From Alphaproteobacteria bacterium (GTDB lineage: Bacteria > Pseudomonadota > Alphaproteobacteria > GCA-2731375): a stretch of 64,000 nt of DNA. Position 1 is the stretch's first letter; each line of letters opens with the position of its first letter. This document shows, one piece after another, positions 10,029 through 20,969 of this stretch. The notes beneath the pieces were generated by a model that was not told where the DNA came from, did no database searches, and saw only the letters and a program-made list of their open reading frames with translations. The position numbers and the translations under genes were made by a program. Location of the stretch: positions 256,001 through 320,000 of the forward strand of contig CBDDBZ010000036.1 in NCBI GenBank assembly GCA_965225945.1. Reading direction: 5' to 3'.

Positions 10029-11260
10029 GTGCCGCGTCCCGCGCTCGAGGTCCAGGACATCTTCCGCGACCACGGGCCCGGCTTCCGTCGGGCCCGGGCC
10101 GGTCGTCTGAGCCTCGGCCAACTGAAGGTCATGTCGGCGATCGAGTGTTGCCGCACCGCCGCGCTCGGCGGTCATGTCGCGGCCTGCGAGGACTGCGGGC
10201 AGAACCACATCGCCTACAATTCCTGTCGCAACCGCCATTGTCCCAAATGCCAAGGCCAGGTCGCGCGCGAATGGCTGGCGGCGCGAGAGGCCGAACTGCT
10301 CTCCGTCCCCTACTACCATCTCGTCTTCACCCTGCCAGCGGCGATCGCCGACATCGCCTATCAGAACAAGTCGGTGATCTACGATATCCTGTTCAAGGCG
10401 AGCGCCGAGACCATGCTCACCATCGCCGCCGATCCCAAGCATCTCGGCGCCAAGATCGGCATCACCGCCGTGCTCCACACCTGGGGCTCGGCCATGACCC
10501 ACCATCCCCACATCCACATGATCGTGCCGGGTGGCGGAATCTCACCTGACGGTAGCAGTTGGATCTCTTGCCGACCCGGCTTCTTCCTGCCCGTCCGCGT
10601 GCTCTCGCGCCTCTTCCGCCGCCTCTTCATCGAGAAGCTCCTCGCCGCCCACGAGGCAGGGCGCCTGAAGTTCTTCACCGACCACACCAGCCTCGCCGAG
10701 CCGGCGGCCTTCCGTGTCTTCCTCGCACCGATGCGCAAACAAGAATGGGTCGTCTACGCCAAGCCGCCCTTCGGCGGACCAGAGGCCGTGCTCGCCTATC
10801 TCTCCCGCTACACCCACCGTGTCGCCATCTCGAACAGCCGCCTGGTCAGCTGCGACAGCCAAGGCGTCATCTTCAAGTACAAGGACTACCGGCGCAAAGG
10901 ACGCGAGCGCTACAAGACCTTGCCCCTGGCCGTGCCCGAGTTCATCCGCCGCTTCCTCCTCCATGTCCTGCCCTCGGGCTTTCACCGCATCCGCCATTAC
11001 GGCCTCTTCGCCATTACGGCCTCTTCGCCAACGGCGGTCGCACCCGCAACATCTCCCTTGCCCGCGAACTGCTTGCCATGCCGGCACCGGAGAGTGAGGC
11101 CGACGATGCCGCGAGTGACGATGATACCGAACCGCCGTCCCTCTCAGAGCCCTGCCCGCAGTGCGGCGGCCGTATGATCGTCATCGAGCGCTTCGAGGCC
11201 GGCGCCCAACCACGCGCCCCGCCCCGTGCACGGCCCCTGGCCAGGGCCACGGCAGCATGA
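10029..11260 (+). pseudogene. IS91-family transposase, frameshifted by a 17-bp duplication at 10992-11025
   Basis: Zn-binding CEDC/CRNRHCPKC, HUH HPHIH, YLSRY, RIRHYG; C-terminal CPQCGG lies in the other frame. Confidence 0.9.
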
Positions 11261-11535
11261 CCGACACCGCTTCGAATAACGCTATTGCCGCCGCTCACCC
11301 GCGGCCACGATCCCGCTCGCCGCAACACCATCGAGCGCGCAGGGAACCACCTGCGAGACCCGCCGGCATCGACCCGAAGTCGCCATCAAACCACCCTGCC
11401 GGTGTCGTCGCCAATCAGATCCGAGCCATCCAGCAGCGCCGGCCACCCGAGAAAGCTGGCCCGCCGCTCGCAAATCCCCATAGATCGAGCGTGCCGCACC
11501 GCCGAGCCTAGTCCTGCCCGCGGTTTCCTCCCTTG

Positions 11536-11608
11536 AGCGTTGTCCGACACCTGCCGATCCAGTCCGCCGGATGCAACCCCTGCGCCTCGGCAGGTGTCCG
11601 ACAACGCT
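11536..11608. repeat. 22-bp imperfect inverted repeat at the element 3' end (candidate oriIS or recombination hairpin)
   Basis: agcgttgtccgacacctgccga / tcggcaggtgtccgacaacgct, 21/22 paired, followed by taac. Confidence 0.8.
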
Positions 11609-11701
11609 TAACACCTCCGGCCTGTTAGCGATTTCTGATATTACGGGAAGTCTCGGGGCACTCTTGGCGTCGATTCGGCGAAACCCGACATTCGGCCACC
11701 A

Positions 11702-11769
11702 ATGTCGGGAGTCGGAACTGAACGCTCCGCCGCGCCGAGGTAGCCGACACAGGCTGTCCTGGCCGAGAA
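11702..11769. repeat. 68-bp dispersed repeat, copy B (3' of cyclase gene 2)
   Basis: 62/68 identical to 7048-7115. Confidence 0.92.
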
Positions 11770-11785
11770 GCAATATTCAGATTGG

Positions 11786-14700
11786 CTAATCTAACTGGTC
11801 GAGTAGCGCCTTCGCATCCTTGAGGTCGGGTGTGTCGAAGCCCTCGGTAAACCAATCGTAGATCGGGGCGAGTAGATCGCGGGCCGCGGGTGACCTCCCG
11901 TCTTGGTGCCAGAGGGGCGCGAGCTCGATAGCGGCGCGCAGTTCCCAGGCCTTGCTCTCCATAGCCCTTGCCAGCTTCAGTGCAGTTTGAAAATGTTCCT
12001 CCGCCGCACTGCCGCCTGCGCCCGATCGGCGCTGACAGTCTCCTTGCGTGAGGTGCCACGCAGGTAAGTAGATGTTCTGCCCGGTGGCTTCGATGACGGC
12101 AAGCGCACGGGCAAGCGTCTCCCGGCTTGCTTCGTCCATGCTGCAAACCAGGTAGCCGACGGCGAGCAGGCTCTGCAGAAAGGGCATGTGCTGCTCGCCA
12201 CCGCCAGCCTTGAAGGCGTCTATTCTCGGCGCCAGCAGTGCGACGCCTCGTTCCGCTTCACCGAGTTGAATAAGGGCGCCGCCGCGCAGCCAGTCGCCGC
12301 AAGCCGACCAATATGCGGAGCCATGCTCTTCCGCGGCCCGCAGGAGCGCCTCCCCCTGATCGAAGGCAGCCTCCGAAGCACGGGCCAGTAGATAAACCAG
12401 CCCGACATAGACTCCATTTACGCCCTTGGTGTTGAGATTTTTGCTTTCAGAGCAGTACTGCAAACCTTCGGCGGTCAGTTCAAGAGCTTGTTGAGGATAG
12501 CCGAGCACCCACTTCACATTGGCCAGTTGCGAATGTGCCGAGTGCACTGGATCGTGCGCGAAAGCGTCAAGACTCTGCTCCTCGGCGACAAACTGTCGGG
12601 AGAACGCAACACAGCGTTCCAGATAAGGCTCCGCGGTCTTGACCTCGCCCTTCAAGTAATAGCCGCCACCCAGTATTCGACTGGAGACGAGTAGGGTGGT
12701 CTCGGGATCGTCGTCGTTCTCGAGACATTCGAGTTCTCTACCGTCGTCGATGACGCGATCCAGCCGACTGGCGATCATGTTACCGATGAAGAGACCATAA
12801 TAGGCTCGGCGCATAGCGTCGAAATCCTGGTTCTGTCCGGCCAAATCCTTGGCCCGATAAAATGCCGCCTCGGTCTCGGGCGCGGAACCGCCAATGGCAC
12901 CGAAAAGGGCTTCGCCAAGCGGCAATAGTAGAGCCAGTTCGCGGCGGTCCCGGGCGCCGCCGGCTAGCAGTTTCAGCGCAAGAGAAACCGCGTTTCGCAA
13001 TTGCTCGGCCGCTTCGGCTTGGGCGAACCTAGCCAAGTTTCGGTGCGCCGCCTGTTCCCAGTAGTCGATGGCGCGGGCCACGGCGCCTGCCTCTTCGAAG
13101 TGCCTCGCCAGGGTTTCCGGCTCCGCCGAGACGATCTCCGGAAATTCCGTCTCCAAGGTTTCGGCGATCCGACCGTGCAAGTCCTGACGCCGGCTCTTCA
13201 GCAGGCTGTCGTAGGCGGTGTCCTGGACCAGCGCATGCTTGAAGGTGTAGCTCACCTCGGGCGGCAGGCCCTTCCGGAAGACGAGCTGGGAGCGGACTAG
13301 ACGCTCGAGAGCTGCCTCGATCTCGGCCAGCGGTCGCTTCGGCGACCGCGGCGAGCAGTCGGTACGAGAACTCGCGTCCGACGACCGAGCCGAGCTGCGC
13401 AATTTCCTTGGCGTCTTCGAGGCGGTCGAGTCGCGCCAACAGCGAAGCGTGCAAACCATCGGGGATCTCCGAGGCATCGTCCGAGGCTTCCAGCACAGAC
13501 TTCGTCACTTCTTCGATGAAGAGCGGGATGCCGTCGGTCCGGGCAGCGATCCGGGTCGTGAGCCGCTCGTCGATCTCGCTACCGGCAAGGGCCCAGACCA
13601 TCTCGGCGATCTGGGCCCGCCCGAGCCGGCTGAGCGACAGCGCTGCAACATGTGGTTCGAAATTGAAGCCGACTCGCCATTCCGGCCGATGCGTAATCAA
13701 CAGCAGGATCGACGCTTCGGCGAGTCGCGACATCAAATGATCCAGGAGCTCCTGGCTCGTCGGATCGATCCAGTGCGCGTCCTCGAAGACGACGAGCAAG
13801 GGCCTATCGCCGGAGAGCCGCAGCAGTTGCTCGATCAATGCTTCGAGGATGCGGTCTTTGCGCCGCTGCGGCGGCAAATCCAATCGGCCGAAGTGCGCCT
13901 CGTAGGGGATCGATAACAGCTCGGCGAACAGGCGGATCGTGTCCGTTCCATCAGCGCCCCGATCGGCCAATAGCGCCTCTAGCTTCTCCAGCCGCGCTGC
14001 GGCGCCATCCTCGCCGGTGAAGCCGGCGGCCCGCTCCAATTGCTGGATTACCGGGTAAAATGCGGCGCTGGTATGGTAAGGCGAGCACTGATAGTGCAGA
14101 CGGCTGTGCGGTATTTCCCGGGCGTGCTCGTCCAGCGTTTCCACAATTCGGGACTTGCCGATACCCGGCTCGCCCGAGATCAGAACCACTTGTCCTTCGC
14201 CTTCGCACGCCAACTCCCAGCGTTCGTGCAGTAGGCCGAGCTCGTGGCGACGACCGACGAAACGAGTAAGTTCGACGCCATGCGCGGCCTGGAACCGGCT
14301 GACGCCGCTACGCTCGCCAATCGCACGCCAGGCAAGGACGGAATCGAAACCTTTCAGGCTTTGCCGTCCCAGTTCCTCGAGCTCGAAGGCGTCGCCGACC
14401 AGACGACGGGTCTGCTCGCCGAGCAGAACCTGCCCGGGTTCGGCAAGGCCCTGCAATCTGGCCGCAAGGTTGGGCGTCAGGCCGCTCACCGCTTCGGCAT
14501 CACGTCCACCCGCGCCGACCAGATCGCCGACTACGACTTGTCCCGTGGCAATGCCGACACGACCCTGAAGCATGCCGCCGTTGCTCTCAACACGCCCGAC
14601 GGCCTGCACGGAGTCGAGCCCGGCCCTGACCGCACGCTCCGCCTGGTCCTCGTATGCCCGCGGCCAGCCGAAGTAGGCAAGCACACCGTCGCCCAGATAC

Positions 14701-15101
14701 TTCGCGACATGTCCGCCGTAGCGCGTTACCGCACCCGCCACGGCATCCTGGTAACGCCGCATGATATCGCGCAGGTCTTCCGGATCGAGCCGCCGGGAGA
14801 GGGCGGTCGAGCCGACCAGATCGCAAAACATTACCGTCAACTGACGGCGCTCGGCCGCGTGTGTTCTCTCCTCCGGCGGGGTGGCGGCGTCGTTGTTTGT
14901 CGGGCTGGCATCATTGTCGTCGATCTGCCCAATAGCGCGCAGCAATCGTTTTCGATCCCCTACCGCCGCAATGCCGATCTCCTTGAGATCGACGTCCTCG
15001 AGATCCCTCAGAACATCGAAATCAATGGCGTTTTCGGCAAATACGTCGCCGTATTTGCCGAGTCCGATGTCTTCCAACCAGTCACGGATGTCATCAGCCA
15101 T
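11786..15101 (-). pseudogene. SAM - class III cyclase - AAA/STAND ATPase - TPR protein, frameshift near 13340
   Basis: WLEDIGLGKY (SAM), MFCDLVGST, KYLGDG, GEPGIGKS (Walker A), FEDAHW, YTFKHALVQD, WFTEGFDTPDL; split into two overlapping ORFs. Confidence 0.88.
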
Positions 15102-15518
15102 CGATGATCGTTCCCAATTCGATAGACACTAGCAAACTCCGGTGTGCCGGGAAATGCCGACATTCGCTCGACCTCGTTTTCGATGCCGGTATCGGATCGC
15201 TCCCGACGCGACGGCGACCTCACGGCCTGGCGGCGCGGGCGGCGGTCGAAGAGGGCACGCTCGGGGAAGGCTAAGCCGTGTTCGCTCTCGCGATGGACCT
15301 CGATGCGGTGTGGCGGCCGGCGTCGTCCAGCAACCAGCGGTCTTGGGCGGCAAAGGCGCTCGATGGGCGGCGGCGAGCGAGGTCACGTACCGGCCGCTCA
15401 TGCGCCAGCCGACGCGGCCGAGTGCGTGCTTACGTTCGGCGGATGGCGATGTCGTTGCCCTGGTTTCCCTCCGAGCCGGTTGCTAGTCTCGGTCGGCAAC
15501 TCGGAAGCGGGTAGGGTG

Positions 15519-18500
15519 ATGGCTCGCGACATTTCCCAATGGCTAAACGATATCGGCCTCGGCAAGTATGCCGAGCTATTCATTCGCCATGAGATCGATG
15601 GTGATGTACTTCCACATGTCACAAGCGAAGATCTCAAGGAAATGGGGCTTCCGATCGGAGTCCGTCGCAAGGTTTTGACGGCGATCGATCTCCTCAATGC
15701 AACGAGATCCCGGACGCGTCCCTCGACGTGGAAAAAATCGAGTCCGAACGGCGGCAAGTGACGGTTTTGTTCGCGGATCTGTCTGGCTTCACGACGATGA
15801 CCAACGCCCTCGACGCGGAGGAAACGCACGCCATCCTCAATCGTTTCTTCACCGTGGCCGATGGCATCGTGGATGACTATGGCGGTCGCATCGACAAACA
15901 CATCGGAGATGCGGTCATGGCCGTGTTCGGAGCTCCGATCGCCCATGGCGACGATCCGGAACGGGCGGTGCGGGCGGCGTTGGACATGCACGAAGCCGTG
16001 GCCGCTCTGGAGCCGCCCTTGGAGATCCATGTCGGCATCGCCTCGGGCCAGGTGGTGGCCAGCCGAACCGGCAGCGAGACGCATCGGGAATATACCGTGA
16101 CCGGAGCGTCGGTGAACCTGGCGTCACGTTTGACCGACGTGGCGGCGCACGGCGAGACCCTTGTTTCCGAAACCGCCCAACGCGCCTTGTCCGGCCGTGT
16201 CGAGTGCGAAAACCTCGGCCAGAAATTAATGCTGGGCCTGCCCGAACCGGTCACCGTCTGGCGCGTGCGAAGTTTGGCCACGACGGCACGAGAGCAGACG
16301 CAAAACCTAGTGGGCCGAGAATACGAGCTTCGCCGCTTCGACGATGCCATGACCCATTGCCGCGAGAAGGGTCGGGGCGAGACCCTGGTGCTTCGTGGCG
16401 AGCCGGGAATCGGCAAGACACGCCTGCTCGCCGAATTTCGCCGCCGCGCCGAAACCGCCGGATTTGCCGCCCATGCGGGCCTGGTCCTCGACTTCGGCAC
16501 GGGCAAGGGGCAGGACGCCATTCCCGCGCTCGTGCGACAACTGATCGGCTCGACCCTCGGCTCGGACGCGCGAGCGCGGCTCGAGATCGCCGAGCGAGCG
16601 ATCGAAGATGGTCTGCTGTCCGCCGACCGGCGTGCGCATCTCTATAACCTGCTCGACCTCGAACAGCCGCCCGCGCTGCGTGGCCTCTATGACGCCATGG
16701 ACATTGAAACGCGCAACCGAGGCGAGCTCGAATGCGTGGAAGAGTTGGTGAGGAATTCCCACGCGCGGAGGCCCCTGTTGTTGATGATCGAGGATGTGCA
16801 TTGGGCTTATCCTCGCGTACTGGTGCCCGCCGCCCGATTGGCGCGCACGGTCGCGGAGACCACGGCGCTACTCGTGATGACGAGCCGGATAGAGGGCTAT
16901 CCGTTCGACGATGTCTGGCAAAGCGGCCTCATGGGTGCCCCGATCGCCATCTTGAACCTGGCGCTATTGGCACCGAGGGAAGCGTCGGACTTCGCAAGGC
17001 AATTCTCGATCGAGGATGAAGGCCTGGTCCGCGCCTGCGTCGAGAGATCCAGTGGCAATCCGTTGTTTCTCGATCAGCTTTTGCGCAACGCGGACGCTCT
17101 GGGCGACCGTGACGTACCGGGGACGGTGCAAAGCGTGGTGCAGGCGCGGCTCGATGCCCTGGCACGGGATGATCGCGGTGCCGTGCAATCGGCCTCGGTC
17201 CTGGGTCAGCGGTTTTCACTTACCGCGCTGCGCGCTGTTCTGGGGAAGACGGACTACGAGCCAGCCGATCTCATTCGCCGAACGCTAGTGCGGCCAGAGG
17301 GTGAGGACCTCCTATTCACACATGCGCTGATTCGAGACGGTATCTATGACGGCTTGGTGCGCGAACGGCGGTTGGATCTACATGGTCGGGCGGCCGCCTG
17401 GTTCGATGGGCGAGATTCAATTCTCCATGCCGAACACCTGGAACTGGCGCAAGACCCGGCGGCACCCGAGGCCTATCTCGTGGCGGCGACATCGCAAGCC
17501 GCCGAATACCGCCATGAGGTGGCCCTACGTCTGGTCGCGCGCGGTCTGGCGCTGGCCACCGAGCGCGGCGACCGATTTGCGCTGACATGTTTCCAGGGTC
17601 GGCTCCATCACGACATGGGGGTGATGGCGGACGCGAGGGACGCCTACGAGGCCGCCTTGGCGTTGGCCGATCACGCAGGGGAGCGGTGTCAAGCTTGGCT
17701 CGGGCTCGCGATGGTCAAGCGGCTCACGGACGACCGCGAGGGCGCCATGGCCGATCTCGCTCGAGCCGAGGCGGCCGGCCGAGCCTCGGGCGCGAATCTC
17801 GCGCGTATCCATTTGATGCGCGGGAATCTCTTCTTCGCCGACGGCGACACCGAGGGCTGTCTGGCAAACAATGGGACGGCACTCGAGATCGCCCGCCAGT
17901 GCGGTGCCGTGGACCTGGAGGCGGCCGCGTTGGGTGGCCTCGCGGATGCCGATTACGTCCGCGGCCGCATGATCTCCGCTCACACGCGCTTTGCCGAATG
18001 CGTGACCGTGTCTCGTGAACGCGGCTTCAGCCGCATTGAGGTCGCGAACGCTCCGATGGTCGCCATCACCCGCTTCTTTGGCCGGAACCAAGCTCGCGAA
18101 GCGCTGGCGGATGGCTTCGTGGCCGCCGAGGCGGCGCGACGCGTCGGACACAATCGTGCCGAGACGGCAGCCAGTGTAATCGTTTCCGAAATGCTTGCCA
18201 ATCTGGGCAGGTTCGCGGAAGCCAAGGTCCAAATCGCGGAGGGTCTGGCGCTCGCTCACCGACTCGGATCGAAACTATTCGAGACGCTCTACCTGAATTG
18301 CCAAGCCAAGGTCTTGCGGGAGGAAGGCCGTCCGGCCGAGGCGCTGAAGTTGCTGGAGCTGTCCCTTGCGATCAGCCGCGAGATTGGACTGGGCTTCTCC
18401 GGTGCCGTCGCCTATGGCGCCCTCGCCCTCACGACCGACGACCCGAAGGCGCGGCGAAAGGCGTTGGCCGAGGGCGAAGGGGTACTGCGAGCGGGCGCGG

Positions 18501-18790
18501 TGGCTCACAACCAGTTGCGCTTCTATCGAGACGCTATCGAGGCGACCCTGCGCGCCGAGGAATGGGACGAGGTCGAGCGCCTCGCCACGGCGTTAGAGGA
18601 CTTCACCCGCCCGGAGCCTCTACCGTGGGCAAATTTCTACATTGTGCGGGGCCGGGCGCTCGCGGCGTGGGGCCGTGGGCATAAAGACAGCGAGAGGAAA
18701 AGCGAACTCGAGCGTCTTATGGCGGAGGCTCGTCGTGCCGGCTTGCATCTCGCCCTACCGGCGTTGGAGGCGGCGCTCGCTTCGTATTGA
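15519..18790 (+). pseudogene. SAM - class III cyclase - AAA/STAND ATPase - TPR protein, frameshift near 15700-15725 between SAM and cyclase
   Basis: WLNDIGLGKY SAM in one frame; LFADLSGF, KHIGDA, GEPGIGKT, IEDVHW and helical repeats in the 1020-aa ORF. Confidence 0.85.
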
Positions 18791-18806
18791 ACGCCTCGCG
18801 CCGGGG

Positions 18807-19980
18807 TCAGAAGCTCAGCCACACCCAGTCGTTTTCGAGCCCAAACATCAGGCGTCCCGCCGACGCGTAACGTGCGTCGGATTTGGACGAGTGTCGCTGC
18901 AACACGTGGATGTCGCGAAAGTGCCGCTCGAAGGGCTGTTGCAGGCGGATCGAGGACGTGCCGACGGTATCGCTCACGAAGCGCACGGCCTCGGCGCAGG
19001 CCTCGGCGGCGAAACATACCGCCAACTGCAAGCGTATCTTCGCGTCGGACGACATTCCCTCGCCAGTTCGTAAAACCTCGTCATAGGCGATAGTGGCGGC
19101 GCGGTGCACCGTGTCGCGGGAGGCTTCCACGCGGGCACTGGCTTTCCCCATCTGGTGCTGCGCGAGGGGCTGCTCGCGAAGGGGTATCGTGTTGTAGGCG
19201 GCGGTTTTCGTCTTGCACAACTCGATCGCTTGCGCCACGGCCCTGGCCGCGATGCCGATCGAAACGGTCGTCTCGCCGAGGATGGCGGTCCATGGCCACA
19301 TGCGGGAGAGGGGGCCCTCGAAGCCGCGTGCCGGCCGGCCCAGCGGACCGACGAGCGCCGTCAAGTGGTCCGGCACGAACAAATCGCGGACGGAGATGTC
19401 CGAGGAGCCGGTGCCACGCATGCCGAGGGTATGCCATGTGTCCAGGATCTCGGCCTTCCCGCGCTCGAAAAACACGCCGAAGACAGTCGGCTCTCCGGTG
19501 GTGGGGTCGAGCTTCGGCTCGCCGCCCTCCATCTCCATCGCCGGCATCGCGAGCCATTGGGCCGAATGGCAGCCGCTGGTGAAGGGGACTTGCCCGCTGA
19601 CATGCCACCCGCCGTCCGCTCTCGTCGCCGCGCCGGGGGGAAACAACGCGCCGGCGGTCGTCGGCGGACCGTCGCGAAACATCTCCTCCGCGCCCTCGTC
19701 GGGTAGCCAAGCCGCGAAGCCGGCGATCGCTTGGTTCATCACCAAGGTTCCACGCCGCCGCCGAGTCGATGCGCGCAACAGCCTCCCAGACCCGCATCGC
19801 CTCGACGGGGTGCAGTTCGAGGCCGCCGTGTGCCTTCGGGGCCAGCATTGCGAACAGCCCGGCCTGGTACATGGCGTCGTACACGACATCGGAGAGTCGT
19901 CGGTTCACCTCCGCGCTTTCGGCATGTTCCTCGATGATCGGCCGGATTTCTTCGACGGCTTGTAGAAGAGCCTCGGTCAT
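18807..19980 (-). pseudogene. Acyl-CoA dehydrogenase-like flavin hydroxylase, frameshift near 19745
   Basis: PKAHGGLE and ARIDSAAAW, then FTSGCH, DTWHTLGMRGTGS and LQQPFERHFRDIH in a second frame. Confidence 0.85.
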
Positions 19981-20122
19981 CGTCACCCCCCTCGACGGTA
20001 TTGAGCCGGATTGTTCCCCGCGACGGCACGCTTCTCGGCGAAAGCATCGCATGTGGGCCTGGTCGATGTCTGCCGGGCTCCGAGCCATGGGACGGCGTGT
20101 CTATCCAGGACGAGCCCGCCGT

Positions 20123-20871
20123 TCAGCGGCGCAGGCGGCGATCGAAGAGGGCGAGCATGCGTTCCCAGTGCCGCTCCGCCGCCGGCTTGACGTAGACCGC
20201 GCGCTCGGGGAAGGCGAAGCCGTGCTCGGTCCCGGGATAGACCTCGATGCGGTGCGGGCAGCCGGAGGCCTCCAGCACTCCCGGCAGGGCGTCCACCACC
20301 TCGCGCGGCACATGGGGATCGTCGGCGGCGAAGGCGAGATAGACCTCGCCTCTAATCCGATCCATGAGGAGATGGGGCGAATCCTCGGCCTCGGTCATGA
20401 TGCCGACGCCGTAATAGGAGGCGATGGCCGCGAAGTCGTTCGGATAGGCGGCGGCGACCGAGACCACGAAGCGGCCGCTCATGCAGTAGCCGACGCAGCC
20501 GGCGGACCCTGGGCCGCCGCCTCGTGGGCGCGCACGAAACCGAGCATCGCCGTGGTATCGGCGACGACGCCGGCGTTGGTCAGCGTGTTCATCACGGCGA
20601 ACATCTTGTCGCGCTCGGCCTCGTCCTCGGGGATGCGGGCGCGCGCGAAGCCGTAATCGTCTTCCCGCCCGACACGGTAATAGAGGTTCGGCAGCATGAC
20701 GAAATAGCCGGTGGTGGCGATCCGCCGCGCCATGTCGCGCAGCTCCTCGCGAATGCCCGGCGCATCCATGTATAGGATCACCGCCGGATGGGGGCCGTCC
20801 CCCTCTGGGTGGCAGACGAAGCTGTCGAGGGTTCCGTCCGCCGTCGCCAGCTCGACCTCGAATTCCCGCAT
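20123..20871 (-). pseudogene. Dienelactone hydrolase family protein, frameshift near 20503
   Basis: YMDAPGIREEL...PNLYYR, then GYCMSG nucleophile and HGFAFPER in another frame. Confidence 0.87.
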
Positions 20872-20969
20872 GGCATCCTCCCTTGAGCATTCCTCGGCGC
20901 GAGAGTGCCCTGGCGCCTCCGCTCGGCGCAAGCGTGCCGGCCGTTCGCCGTCCCGTCGCGCCCGCTCTC

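Larger units (their letters stand above)
9005..11612 (+). mobile_element. Tyrosine recombinase + IS91-type (HUH Y2) rolling-circle element; ends approximate
   Basis: Tandem integrase and IS91-like transposase genes; large hairpin near the 3' end; no target duplication seen. Confidence 0.75.

Noticed and set aside
7048-11769. 68-bp repeats as a target duplication or terminators
   Set aside because: Too long and diverged for a target duplication; no clean stem plus U-tract
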